64,000 bases of DNA from Candidatus Hydrogenedentota bacterium (lineage in GTDB: Bacteria > Hydrogenedentota > Hydrogenedentia > Hydrogenedentales > JAEUWI01), in contig JAXMOL010000018.1 in the NCBI GenBank assembly GCA_034669905.1, positions 72,491 to 136,490 of the forward strand. The letters are read 5' to 3'. The translations under genes were made by a program, and so were the position numbers. Shown here piece after piece: positions 18,442 through 28,652 of this stretch. Below the pieces are notes generated by a model. That model was not told the DNA's origin, ran no database searches, and worked only from the letters and a program-made list of their open reading frames with translations. Every line of letters starts with the position of its first letter. The first letter of the stretch is position 1.

Positions 18442-19120
18442 ATGCTTTTCCGTACAGGTCGGCGGTGTAAATGGGACCCATCGCACCATAGGCCCGCCGC
18501 GCCGCCAGCGTCCGGTCCACCTCATCGGCGTTGAGTGGCTGCAGATCGCCCAGCAGGTGGGCTGCGAAGAGGGTCTGCGCTGCGTGTTCCAGCTTCTCCA
18601 GTTTGAAGTAGGCTTCTTCGACCGTCTTGCCCACCGTAACCGATCCATGGCGATCCAGCATGGCGGCGTCGCAGGTGCGGATCAGGGGACGGATGACATC
18701 ATTGCCCTCCGGTGTCCCGGGCGTTGCGTAGGCACTCGTCGGAATACCACCAAAGGCCGCCACGACCTCGGGGAGTACCGCCTCGCTGAGGGAGCGCCCA
18801 GCCAGGGTAAAGGCAATGGCATGGGGCGGGTGGGCATGGACGACGGCTTCCACATCCGGTCGCTCGTCATAGCAGGCAAGGTGGGTGGGCAGTTCCGACG
18901 TTACCTTGCCGGTCCCGGCCACTTTCTCACCCGATGCATCGGCGAGAATGAGGTCCCCGGGCGCCATGAAGCCTTTGGATACGTTGCTCGGAGTACAGAG
19001 GAATGTGCCATCTTCCAACCTTACGCTGATGTTTCCGTCCGACGCGGCGACAAGATTCCGGGCGTACATACGGCGACCGACCTCGCAGATCTTTTCACGC
19101 AGGGCTGTGCTGTCCTTCAT
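18440..19120 (-). CDS. Class II aldolase/adducin family protein (FucA-like)
   Basis: SDGNISVR, TPSNVSKG, TSELPTH, VVHAHPPHA, DRHG; start 19120 overlaps upstream stop (ATGA). Confidence 0.9.
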   Translation of the reverse strand: MKDSTALREKICEVGRRMYARNLVAASDGNISVRLEDGTFLCTPSNVSKGFMAPGDLILADASGEKVAGTGKVTSELPTHLACYDERPDVEAVVHAHPPHAIAFTLAGRSLSEAVLPEVVAAFGGIPTSAYATPGTPEGNDVIRPLIRTCDAAMLDRHGSVTVGKTVEEAYFKLEKLEHAAQTLFAAHLLGDLQPLNADEVDRTLAARRAYGAMGPIYTADLYGKA

Positions 19121-20052
19121 GGGGGCGTTTCCTTGTGTAATGTATTTAAGACTCCTGGGCCCCGAAACCAGAGCCACCATGCATGCTCCAGCACGGCGCT
19201 CAGGCGGTCATAGGTGATCACTTCCGCCGGGGCAAAAACTTCCAGCCAACCGGAACGTTGCTGACCACTGTCACAACCGCTCAGGTAGACAAATCGAAGG
19301 GCAGAGTTGATTTCCATGCCTTCCAGATCCGATGGGGCCAGCCAGCCGTCCGGAAGCATGAGCCCCTTGCTCGTGCCATGGGTGCCCATGTAGATGAACT
19401 CCGCCTCCGACACCGCCCGCCGCACGGACTCCCGTTCGAATTTCTGGACCACCACACTGCCCTCGCCCCACAACGTCGTACCCCTTCGGGTAATGGGGTA
19501 GAAGGCCAGTTGGAAAAACCACCGGGGAAAGACATCGTTGTCCTCGAAGAGGAGGTGTATCTTGCCATCGAGATTATCGGCCGGCGCCAGGTGTTCTCCG
19601 TGACGGGCCATCGGTATAAGGGCCAGGATCACACCAAAGGCCGCGAGGAGGCATGCGGAGTTGCATTGCCACAGCCGCGGTCGTTCGGTGAGTCGCTGTA
19701 TCAGGGGCATGGGCCGGCAAGAGCCGGCGAGGGCAAGGCCAATGCCAAAGACCCAGAAAACCGCCCACGCCAGAAAGAGTTTACGCAGGGTGCCCAGCGT
19801 GTATCGTTCCACCTGGAAGTCCTCATAGACGCCCCGATGATGGACGAGGAGGTAGGACAGGGCGACGGCCGTAAGGGCAAACAGCGTCGTCAGGACCACG
19901 AAAACCGTGAATAAGGCAGCGGCCTGTTGAAAGTGGTGCCGGGAATACTGATCACGGCGTAACCGGGGGAGGAAGAGCACGAAGGGCTGTAGCCCCAGGT
20001 AGAACGCGGTGGCCCGTAAACGAATCTGCCAGGATGTGGAACTGTCGGTCAT
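19117..20052 (-). CDS. Multi-pass membrane protein with C-terminal caspase/CHAT-like His-Cys domain
   Basis: 3-4 hydrophobic helices, then FIYMGTHG and FVYLSGCDSG. Confidence 0.6.
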   Translation of the reverse strand: MTDSSTSWQIRLRATAFYLGLQPFVLFLPRLRRDQYSRHHFQQAAALFTVFVVLTTLFALTAVALSYLLVHHRGVYEDFQVERYTLGTLRKLFLAWAVFWVFGIGLALAGSCRPMPLIQRLTERPRLWQCNSACLLAAFGVILALIPMARHGEHLAPADNLDGKIHLLFEDNDVFPRWFFQLAFYPITRRGTTLWGEGSVVVQKFERESVRRAVSEAEFIYMGTHGTSKGLMLPDGWLAPSDLEGMEINSALRFVYLSGCDSGQQRSGWLEVFAPAEVITYDRLSAVLEHAWWLWFRGPGVLNTLHKETPP

Positions 20053-20392
20053 GGTGGGGGATTACATCGTGCAGTGCACAAGGGCCACGGAGTCACCCCG
20101 TAAGGATGGGCAACAGGAACTCAAGGGAAACAGGTATACTACTCACATACGGGATACTACCAGAAACGACCGTGGAGACGCGAGAGTCGTTTGGCGCAGA
20201 ATCGTCGGGCAGGTCCGTTTGAAATGACATCATGTTTAGTGTAAAACAAGATGAAGGTGAGGTGGGCGTGATCAGTCTTCCAGCGTCCTCCATGCGATGG
20301 CGTGTAGTTGTTGGATGGGGAGGGGACTCTTCTCGGGGAAAGATTCTCATTCAGGACCGTCGCGCCGCGGTGAGAGCAAAGGAGCAGTGATC

Positions 20393-21484
20393 GTGTCCGA
20401 GAATGATAGTCATGCGTCCGATGAGATGCGCCTGTGCGCGAGCTGTCGAATGAAAGTCAGCGTGTGGGCCACCAAGTGTCACTATTGCGGCGAAGATTTG
20501 GGGCGCCCGCGCCGGGAAGAAACCAAGCTTACCCTCAAAGATCTGGGGGGCGGACAACAGACTTCCTATACCCCGTCTGGCAACGTGACCGGTGCCCTGG
20601 AGTCCTTTCGCGTCGAAGAGGTGGCCGCCGAGGCATCTCGGGCCCGTAGCCGACCCCGGGGATTATGGGCGCGGATTTTCGGAAAGACCCCGCCCCTCGC
20701 CGAGCCGATTAAATCCGGTGGGGAAGAACTCGCCGAGCTCGATGAATATAGCAAGAACCTCGCGGCCTCCATTCTGGACGATATGCCGGCCGGTTCCATT
20801 GCCAGTAGTTCACAATCCCGCTCAACGGCCGCGCCCCAATCACCCCTCGTCAGTCGTATTATCGGAATTGGTGGCGTGGTACTCGGTCTAATCGTCGCCT
20901 ACTTCGTGCTCAGCGTCGCCTGGACCTGGGTGAGTGACTATCTTGAGGCCCGAAACCGGCCCGTGGAAATCGCCTACGTGAATAAGGCCCCCGAGATGCT
21001 CGCCCGCGGAGAGAGTTCGGTTGATGTCTTCGAAGAGGCGATTAAGGCGCTGCGGATCAACGATAACGAGGCCAATCGCGACGTGGTCGAGCAAGTCCGC
21101 GCGTTGCTCCTCCATGATGTGGATATGTTACTGGAGCGCAACCCCTGGAAAGTCGCTGATCAGGATAAGGCCTATCGCTATATTCAGCGCGCCGTAAACA
21201 TCGACAATCACCCCGCCATTGCCGCGAAATTTGATGAGGTGAACGCGGAAGTCGCGGCCTACAAGTTCGTCCTGAAAGCGATTGACGCGTCAGGGACGAA
21301 GGCGACCTTTCGCCTGAACCATCCCGATTACGAACCGGAAGTAGAGGTTGAGTTGGCCGATCGCCTGATGGACCGCTTTATCATCCAGCGCATATCGAAG
21401 ACGGGGGTAGACCTGAGTGACGACAAGGTGGATGGGCGCCGATTGAATATCAAAGTGAACGAAGGCGTCCGCTCTCGCTATTAG
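20393..21484 (+). CDS. Zinc-ribbon + single-TM hypothetical protein
   Basis: CASC-x10-CHYCG at the N-terminus; TM IIGIGGVVLGLIVAYFVLSVAW; AAGGAG RBS before GTG 20393. Confidence 0.75.
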   Translation: MSENDSHASDEMRLCASCRMKVSVWATKCHYCGEDLGRPRREETKLTLKDLGGGQQTSYTPSGNVTGALESFRVEEVAAEASRARSRPRGLWARIFGKTPPLAEPIKSGGEELAELDEYSKNLAASILDDMPAGSIASSSQSRSTAAPQSPLVSRIIGIGGVVLGLIVAYFVLSVAWTWVSDYLEARNRPVEIAYVNKAPEMLARGESSVDVFEEAIKALRINDNEANRDVVEQVRALLLHDVDMLLERNPWKVADQDKAYRYIQRAVNIDNHPAIAAKFDEVNAEVAAYKFVLKAIDASGTKATFRLNHPDYEPEVEVELADRLMDRFIIQRISKTGVDLSDDKVDGRRLNIKVNEGVRSRY

Positions 21485-21639
21485 GGAGAATCCTGGGGAA
21501 CCGGGTACGTGATCGTGCGGTTATTTGTGCTATGATGGGGGCCTTTTGAGGTGGGACGTGGGTCCCCGTGTTTCCTGTTCAGGCCGCAGTGTTGTCGGGC
21601 CGCTCCCTTTGAGGGAAACACCAACGTGGATGAGCAAGT

Positions 21640-22299
21640 ATGATGATGAAAAGTTCTCTGGTGAAGTTTGGCCGTGGTCTGGCCGTCGTGGCCCTCTCCG
21701 GGGCCTTGGGACTCTTGAGTTCCTGCGCCACCGTAAAAGGTTGGCGCGGTAGTGATCAGGAGGCAGGTCCCACGGTCACCGAAGCCACCGTCGGCGAGTC
21801 GGCTTCCGAATCCGAGTTGGAGGCCGAACTGCTCCAGCTGGTAAAACAGCACGTGGCCGAAGTCGAAGAAGACAGCAGTAGCAATCAGAGCCGTATCATT
21901 CGTAAGCGGCCCTACTATTTCAAGGAATACAGCAACTATCCTGCTGCAGCCACGCCCTTGGAAGTGGTGCTCACGGAAACCGAGTCACGGACCGCACCCT
22001 ATGTGGCCGATGTGAAGCTGGAAAAAGTGCGCTATGCGACCCGTCTGCACCGCAGTCGGGATGAGGCCCGTCTGGACAGCAGCTTTCTTCGGGATACGGG
22101 TTCGGAAACCTTAAGCTATGAGCTGCGCAGTGGCCGTTGGATCCGGGTAGGGAGCTTCTTCCTGGCCGAAAAGACCGAAGAACAGGTCAATGGCGACTGG
22201 GTAGTCGTGCAACGCATGTTGCAGCGCACCGTACAGGCAGAAGAGCCTGAAAAAGGCTGGTTTGGCCGTAGCTGGTCCCGATTGACGGGCAGCGAGTAA
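21640..22299 (+). CDS. Hypothetical lipoprotein
   Basis: Lipobox LSSC after a hydrophobic signal. Confidence 0.75.
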   Translation: MMMKSSLVKFGRGLAVVALSGALGLLSSCATVKGWRGSDQEAGPTVTEATVGESASESELEAELLQLVKQHVAEVEEDSSSNQSRIIRKRPYYFKEYSNYPAAATPLEVVLTETESRTAPYVADVKLEKVRYATRLHRSRDEARLDSSFLRDTGSETLSYELRSGRWIRVGSFFLAEKTEEQVNGDWVVVQRMLQRTVQAEEPEKGWFGRSWSRLTGSE

Positions 22300-22364
22300 C
22301 AGGCAATTGGGACCGGGCACACATCGGTTGGGGTGTGTGCCAGTAGTTGTTGGGATACCCATAC

Positions 22365-23693
22365 ATGGCGCGCGCACTTGAGAACCCTGCCTTCAGTACT
22401 TCAGACCGATGGGCCTTCGCCCTGGAGCGGCTCATCATCCTCGCATCCTTGCTCTTCGTCCTGTCGGGCGTGGGCACGCTGCAAGTCGGGGATTCGGCCA
22501 ACAGCCGGCTGGCAACGGTCTACAGTCTGGTGCACGACGGCACGTGGTATATTGACCGCCCCCTATCGGAGCCGCCCAACCCCTACGAAGTAAATACCAT
22601 CGACAAGTGTAGCCTCGACGGCCGCATCCTCTCGACCAAACCGCCCCTCTTACCCCTCGCCATGACCGTGGAGTATGCCGCCCTCCATACCCTCTTCGGG
22701 TGGACCCTGGAATCGGGACGTGACCTGAAAATCCTGCTCCAGGTCATGATCGTATCGCTGATTATCCTGCCCTATCTGGTGGGACTGGTGTTTTTTGCCC
22801 TCCTCCTGGATCTGATGATCACCAATCCATGGCAACGCTTGTTGCCCCTCGCGGCCATGGCTTTCGGGACCCAATTGCCCGGTTTCGCCACCGAGCTGAA
22901 TAATCACACACCGGCTATCGCCTTTCTCATCATAGTCCTCTACCTGAGCATCGGGATTTGCACGGGTAAACTGGCCCCTACAGCCCCGCGCTTCTTTGGC
23001 GTTGGATTGGCCGGTGCCCTGGTCTTTGCCCTCGATATGCCCCTCACGGTTTTCGTGGCTGCGTCGGGACTTGCCCTTGCCTGGAAGCACCCCCGGAACA
23101 CCTTCCTGTGGGGCGGCCTCGGGTTGGCCGGGCCCCTGCTCATTCATTTTGGCACCATGCTCTACGTGACGGGCAGCCCCCTCCCCGTACAGATGCGGAA
23201 AGACCTCTATCTCTATGAGAACAGTGCCTGGCGCAATCCGGGGGGACTGGATGCCCTCCACGAACCCAAGGGTACGTACTTCTTCCACATGACCTTTGGA
23301 CGCTTCGGGATCTTTCTGCTCTATCCCATCCTGCTATTCGGGCCGGCGGGATTGCTCTGGAGCCTCCTTCGGGGAGACAAGACGTGGCGGGTGTACTACG
23401 CTACCGCCCTGGGATGTATCGCCCTGCTCTTCGCCTACTATGTCTTTCGCACCAATAACTACGGCGGCGGTGCCTATGGCTTCCGATGGGGGATGGGGGT
23501 CATGCCCCTCTTGATACTCATGGGAGTTCCGCTCTTCGAACGGATGCGCGGCTATGCGGCGTGGGGAGTCGTTGCCCTGCTTATGGTGGTGTCGTGTTAT
23601 TCTGCCTGGGAATGTTACGACATGCCCTGGGGGGCCTGCCACGAGTGGACCTGCCGCTGGCTTTTTGGTGCGCCCTACGCGCTGCCGTCGTAA
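22365..23693 (+). CDS. Polytopic membrane protein, possible GT-C glycosyltransferase
   Basis: About 10 TM helices; first loop DSANSRLATVYSLVHDGTWYID...STKPP; ELNNH; YGFRW. Confidence 0.6.
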   Translation: MARALENPAFSTSDRWAFALERLIILASLLFVLSGVGTLQVGDSANSRLATVYSLVHDGTWYIDRPLSEPPNPYEVNTIDKCSLDGRILSTKPPLLPLAMTVEYAALHTLFGWTLESGRDLKILLQVMIVSLIILPYLVGLVFFALLLDLMITNPWQRLLPLAAMAFGTQLPGFATELNNHTPAIAFLIIVLYLSIGICTGKLAPTAPRFFGVGLAGALVFALDMPLTVFVAASGLALAWKHPRNTFLWGGLGLAGPLLIHFGTMLYVTGSPLPVQMRKDLYLYENSAWRNPGGLDALHEPKGTYFFHMTFGRFGIFLLYPILLFGPAGLLWSLLRGDKTWRVYYATALGCIALLFAYYVFRTNNYGGGAYGFRWGMGVMPLLILMGVPLFERMRGYAAWGVVALLMVVSCYSAWECYDMPWGACHEWTCRWLFGAPYALPS

Positions 23694-23711
23694 GCCCGTC
23701 GGCCTGCGGCA

Positions 23712-24893
23712 CTAGGGCGTGTTCAGGAATTCCTCAGCGACGGTCGCCAGGCTTTCCATGCCGACTGCAAGGGCTTCGTCATTAAAGATGAAGCGGGGGC
23801 TGTGAAGGGATGGGGGGGCTAGAGCGTCTGGCGTATCATTCCCCAGAAAGATAAAGGCACCGGGTACCTTTTGCAGATAATACGCAAAGTCTTCCGCGGT
23901 CATGTAGGGATGGGTAACGGGTATCACCTGCTCGGAACCAAAGGCCCCTTTGGCGGCCGTCTGTGCCAGCTCGCCCATGGCCACGTCATTGATCAGGACG
24001 GGATAGCCTGGTCCTTCAGACTCAACGTGGGCGGTTGCCCGGAAGGCCTGGGCCACGTTAGTGGCAATGCGCGTAATGGCTTCCCGGGTGTGTTGGCGGG
24101 TTTCCGGGCTCAGCGCACGAAAGGTGCCTTCCATCACCGCCGTATCCGGAATGATGTTGGAGGCGAAACCGGAATCTATGCGGGCCACGCTCACCACCAC
24201 GGCCGACCACGGGTCGGTCTCTCGACTGACTATCGTCTGCAGGGCCGTAACGATGTGCGCTGCCACCACCACCGGATCGATGGCGGCACCAGGGTTAGCA
24301 CCGTGCCCGCCTTTGCCCTGGACGGTGATACGAAAAAAGTCCGCACTGGCCATAACCGGACCGGTTCCAATGGCCACCGAGCCACAGGGCAGGCCGGGCC
24401 AGCAATGCTGCGCAAAGACCCCGTCTACGTCGTCCAGCAGGCCTTCTTCTACGATAAACCGTCCACCCGCCGCAATCTCCTCGGCGGGCTGAAAGATACA
24501 CTTAACCGTTCCAGCGAGCTGCTCCCTGCGTTCCCACAGGATACGCGCCGCGCCACACAGCATGGACGAGTGGCCATCGTGTCCGCAGGCATGCATGCGC
24601 TCGGGAATGGTGGAGGCATAGGGGAGGCCGGTTTCTTCCTGGATTTCCAGGGCGTCCATATCCGCCCGCAAGGCCACACAGCGTTGGCCTTCGCCCCGAA
24701 TGGTAGCCACGATTCCCGTGCCTTTGGCGTGTCCCCGGGTGTGGGGGATGCCCAGCTCCGTGAGATAGGCGGCGATACGGTCTGAGGTCCAATGTTCTTC
24801 AAAGCGAATCTCCGGGTGCTGGTGGAGTTCATGGCGAAGGGCCTGGATTTCGGGTACAAGCGCGGCCGCGGCCGATTTTATGGACGAATGCAT
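23712..24893 (-). CDS. M20D family amidohydrolase
   Basis: LHQHPE, LRADMDAL, MHACGHDGH, FQPAEE, AEDFAYY, LHSPRF. Confidence 0.95.
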   Translation of the reverse strand: MHSSIKSAAAALVPEIQALRHELHQHPEIRFEEHWTSDRIAAYLTELGIPHTRGHAKGTGIVATIRGEGQRCVALRADMDALEIQEETGLPYASTIPERMHACGHDGHSSMLCGAARILWERREQLAGTVKCIFQPAEEIAAGGRFIVEEGLLDDVDGVFAQHCWPGLPCGSVAIGTGPVMASADFFRITVQGKGGHGANPGAAIDPVVVAAHIVTALQTIVSRETDPWSAVVVSVARIDSGFASNIIPDTAVMEGTFRALSPETRQHTREAITRIATNVAQAFRATAHVESEGPGYPVLINDVAMGELAQTAAKGAFGSEQVIPVTHPYMTAEDFAYYLQKVPGAFIFLGNDTPDALAPPSLHSPRFIFNDEALAVGMESLATVAEEFLNTP

Positions 24894-24942
24894 GGGGGGT
24901 ATCCATACCAGGGCGGGGCCACGGGGGCCCCATTCGCCCGGC

Positions 24943-27900
24943 TTAAAATTTCAGGCGACTTCCGGGGAAGGCCTTGATGTTAAATTCAAAGTTGATGTCG
25001 AAGCCCGACTCGCGGTCGCGGAAACGTATGGCCGTCTCCCAGCAGTGAAGGCTTCGGCGCAATTCATAGGTTTGACTGCGGAGGCTATCGTTCTCCAGAT
25101 CATAGGTGTGCTCGAAACCAAAGCCCCACTTGTCACTGATCTTGTAACCGAGACCATAGAGGGCTTCGCGGTTGAAGACCTGTGACTGGGTCTCCGTGTA
25201 GGCAAAACCCACGCGACCGGTGAACTTGTTGCCCCGGGTCTCGCCATCATAATAAACCTGTGACAGGACGCGATTGTAATCGCCAAAGCGGCTGCTGAAA
25301 TCCTGCGCATTGACACCGCCGAAGACATCGCCAATGACGACCTCATAGAAGCGGGGGTAATTGCGCGCCAGGGAGAAACGCCCCAGACTGCTATCATCAT
25401 CGGCCGTGCTCTGACGCTCACCCGCGAGCTGGAAGCCCCACCATGGGCGGGGACGAATGTCGATCTCCACTTCATAGTCTTCCGTCTTCCGGGTTTCGTT
25501 CCAGAAGTCGTTGCCCTGATAGAGCGTCACCCGGCCAATCTGCCAGACTTCCCCCGATTCGGCGTCGCGGCCATAGAAGACGTTGGTCAGCTTCAATTCC
25601 ACCCGGCTCCGTCCGAAGTCGCTGTCCAGCGGGTCAAATTGCGGAATCTCGGGAGCGTCCACGTTGGTCTCAGGGCGGTAGGTGTAGGTGATAGAGGGTA
25701 CGACCATGTGCTTGATGGCCGAGAAGCCCCAACGCCCACCATAGGTCCGGGTCAGACGGGTTTGGGCCGTGACACCCGCCGTGGCACCCAGACGTCCCCG
25801 GGTAGAATCGTTCTTCCGGTCCTGCGTGTACCCGCTGGCATCAAGCTGCAGAAACGGGGTGATAGCAACGGCCGGATGGGGGTCCCAGTTGTAGGTCAGG
25901 CGGGCGACATTTACTGAGCGCCCGGCACCGATGCCCCGGGGTTCACGATTGTAATAGCCGTTCACGGTATCAAAGCTGAAATAGAAGTTTTCACCCAGAT
26001 TGCGTTCTAACAGATGGTAGCTTACTTCCGGAGCCTGTTCCGTTTGATTGAACCAACCGTGGGATTGCATACGGACCGTACCCGTGGCGATATAACTCGG
26101 CTGGCGGTACGTCACATTGGCAAAGCTCCGGGGGAGCGACCGGTTTCGGTAGAGATCGTAGTAGAAATCTTTGTAGAAGTCCTTGTCGCCCCAGTGTTCA
26201 ACCTGGGCCCGTACCACCAGATCATTGCTGTACTCGTAGCGGTGGTACCAATGGACATAGCCCCGGTCCTTCGTCGTATAGAGCGCGTTGGCCTCGCCTC
26301 GGGTGCGGTAAAAGGGAGAAGCCGGGTTTTCCATAAAGTCGTAGGAGAGGTCCGCACCAAAACCCACGCCCTCTTTTTCCGTGGCGAAGATGCGCGGGCC
26401 GATGGCCACATCAGGGCTGACTTCATACTGCTGCCCCACGTTGACGTAGTAACCCGTCTCGGCCTGACGTCCGCTGTCAAAGCTGACGTTCCACGGCGAG
26501 CCGCCCACACTGCCACGACGCCACTTCGGCAGGTAGAGGGGCGTATCGGCTTTGCCCAGCTGGAGACGGGCGTCGGAGCCCGCCACGGGCTGGCCGTCTA
26601 CCATTTCCACATCACTCAGGCGGATGCGGTAGTGGGGGTTGGGGCGGTCGCAGGTGGTCACCCACACATCATCGCCGCTGAGTGTCTGGGGGCCATGCAG
26701 GTGCAGTTTGTCAGCCGAAAAATAGTAAATGCCCGCCTGACCCTTGGCGTTGCTAAGCTCGCCTTTCCCTGTCTTGAAATCATACTCAAGGTGCTCCGCC
26801 GTCATCTCGCGGGTGGGTTCAATGATGTGGGCGTTCTCAAGGGTCAGTTGGCCCTGGTCCAGGGGGGCACCGCTTTCGGCGTCGTCGCCCTTAAGCACTG
26901 CGGCCTGTGCATCTTTCTCTTCTTCGCCGGGCTCCAGCTTGTAGTGGATCAAGTCGGCAGCGATCGAGGAGGACTGCTGCGTAATCAGCACATTCCCTTC
27001 CGCATGGACCTCCACGGGATCCTGCTTGTGGGTAAAGCTGTCCGACTGCATCTTCATATCACCCAGCTCGGCCCGGAAGTCGTTGTAGGTGGTGGGGGCG
27101 TCGGAGGCCGTGCGTTTTGCGGTGGAAAACTTGATGTTCTCCAGCGGCTTGGTCAAATCGGGTGCCTGAAATCCCCCTTCGCTGCTACCAAATTCCGTGG
27201 GCCGAACCACCGCATCGGCAATTGTCTTGCGCGACAGTTGCTGCAGCGGAGAAACCGATGGACGTCCGGGGGAGGGGGCACGGACACCCTGGGTGACGAT
27301 GGGATTATGCCGAATGCCCTGGCTGCTTTGGGTCGTGCTCTTGGGGGTCTCGGCGGGCATTTCCGCAGGGGCCGGCTCACTGGCAGGGGAGCTCTCCGGG
27401 GCGACCTTCTCCGCCATCTCTTCTTCCGCAGGTGCGGCTTCGTCCACGACAGGGGGGGCAGCGGCTGCTTCCGATGCTTCCTCGGGCGAGGGTGCTTCGT
27501 TTACCGGGGCAGCCTCCACGATGACCATGGTCGAATCGTCGGCCTCCGCCGTGTGCGTACGCTCTGCCGTGCTGGCCGGCGGGGCAACAGGGGGTGCCAG
27601 GAGGCCGAGATTGGCCGCCTGCAGGTGCCCTTCTTTGGGATCGAGGAGGGCCAGAATGTTTTCCCGAGCAACGACCACCGTGGCGCTCTCCGCAAGGGGC
27701 CGTTCTTCCTGGAGGCTCAGGTCCAGTCCGTAGCGGCGGTAGCTGTCACCCGTCACCACATGCACGGTATCGCCCGCAACCGCGATATCCGTGGCCGCAA
27801 GCGGTACCGTTTGTTTCACGGCGCCCGAGGTGATGTCGACACGAGCCAGGGACGTCTTACCGAGGACCACGACATGGGTGGCGTCCGCAGCCGCAATGCG

Positions 27901-28515
27901 AAGGGCGTCTTCCGGCAGGGAAATCGTTTTCTCGAAGGCAAGTCCCGATGCACTGTAGGTATAGAGTTGGTTGTCCGCACGGCTCAGGGCGACGATGTGC
28001 CCAGCGGTGGTCGTCACGGAAACGGGCACGGACGGGCTATCTGGCAAGGTCGTCACGGAGATGGATCCCCGTGTGTCAATGAGCGAAAGGGAGTCGGAGA
28101 AGGAATTGGCCACCACAAAGCGCCCTTCACCAAGTGCCGCGATAGCAGCAGGACCACTACCCACTTCCACGGTCGCCAGGATGCCCAGGTCGGCAAGGCG
28201 AATCAAGGTGACAGAATTGCCAAGCCGGTTAACACAGGCCAGCACGGTGCTGTCTTGGGCCAGGGCTACCGGGCCATCGCCTACGTTGATGCGGGTTGCG
28301 ACTTTACCGGTGGCCGGGTCGATTCGCCACACCGTATCCCGATCGTAGGAGGTGACGAAAAACTGGCCATGGGCCGTATCGATGGCACCATCGCGAAACT
28401 GTCCGCGAACATCCAGGGAGTGGGTGGTCGACTGGGCACCGGCATGCAGCGCCCCTGCGCCGACCAGAACTATCCCAAGGGTCGCGCGCACAACGAACTT
28501 AAGTTGAAAAGTCAC
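24943..28515 (-). CDS. lptD: LPS-assembly protein LptD fused to an N-terminal YVTN beta-propeller
   Basis: Propeller repeats (VGDGPVAL, VVANSFSDSLSLID); Pro/Ala/Glu linker; OstA-like AEGNVLI; VTTCDRPNPHY; aromatic-rich barrel; LHCW near C-terminus. Start uncertain (ORF open to 28638). Confidence 0.75.
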   Translation of the reverse strand: MTFQLKFVVRATLGIVLVGAGALHAGAQSTTHSLDVRGQFRDGAIDTAHGQFFVTSYDRDTVWRIDPATGKVATRINVGDGPVALAQDSTVLACVNRLGNSVTLIRLADLGILATVEVGSGPAAIAALGEGRFVVANSFSDSLSLIDTRGSISVTTLPDSPSVPVSVTTTAGHIVALSRADNQLYTYSASGLAFEKTISLPEDALRIAAADATHVVVLGKTSLARVDITSGAVKQTVPLAATDIAVAGDTVHVVTGDSYRRYGLDLSLQEERPLAESATVVVARENILALLDPKEGHLQAANLGLLAPPVAPPASTAERTHTAEADDSTMVIVEAAPVNEAPSPEEASEAAAAPPVVDEAAPAEEEMAEKVAPESSPASEPAPAEMPAETPKSTTQSSQGIRHNPIVTQGVRAPSPGRPSVSPLQQLSRKTIADAVVRPTEFGSSEGGFQAPDLTKPLENIKFSTAKRTASDAPTTYNDFRAELGDMKMQSDSFTHKQDPVEVHAEGNVLITQQSSSIAADLIHYKLEPGEEEKDAQAAVLKGDDAESGAPLDQGQLTLENAHIIEPTREMTAEHLEYDFKTGKGELSNAKGQAGIYYFSADKLHLHGPQTLSGDDVWVTTCDRPNPHYRIRLSDVEMVDGQPVAGSDARLQLGKADTPLYLPKWRRGSVGGSPWNVSFDSGRQAETGYYVNVGQQYEVSPDVAIGPRIFATEKEGVGFGADLSYDFMENPASPFYRTRGEANALYTTKDRGYVHWYHRYEYSNDLVVRAQVEHWGDKDFYKDFYYDLYRNRSLPRSFANVTYRQPSYIATGTVRMQSHGWFNQTEQAPEVSYHLLERNLGENFYFSFDTVNGYYNREPRGIGAGRSVNVARLTYNWDPHPAVAITPFLQLDASGYTQDRKNDSTRGRLGATAGVTAQTRLTRTYGGRWGFSAIKHMVVPSITYTYRPETNVDAPEIPQFDPLDSDFGRSRVELKLTNVFYGRDAESGEVWQIGRVTLYQGNDFWNETRKTEDYEVEIDIRPRPWWGFQLAGERQSTADDDSSLGRFSLARNYPRFYEVVIGDVFGGVNAQDFSSRFGDYNRVLSQVYYDGETRGNKFTGRVGFAYTETQSQVFNREALYGLGYKISDKWGFGFEHTYDLENDSLRSQTYELRRSLHCWETAIRFRDRESGFDINFEFNIKAFPGSRLKF

Positions 28516-28652
28516 GTAGATCACTTTCCGTGCTGACGAAGGGTGCGCCGTCCTTATGGACCGCACCAGCTTCGTGCTTATGGTTGCGAGCCGATGGTCT
28601 TGCCGCCACCGGTCGTATCGTATCCAAGTACCGCGCAATGCGCGTGCTTAAT

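Noticed and set aside
15299..19120. Aminocyclitol/antibiotic biosynthetic cluster (DegT, aminotransferase, aldolase)
   Set aside because: Alternating orientations and terminators between genes, ilvE is housekeeping, and no scaffold-forming enzyme is present.
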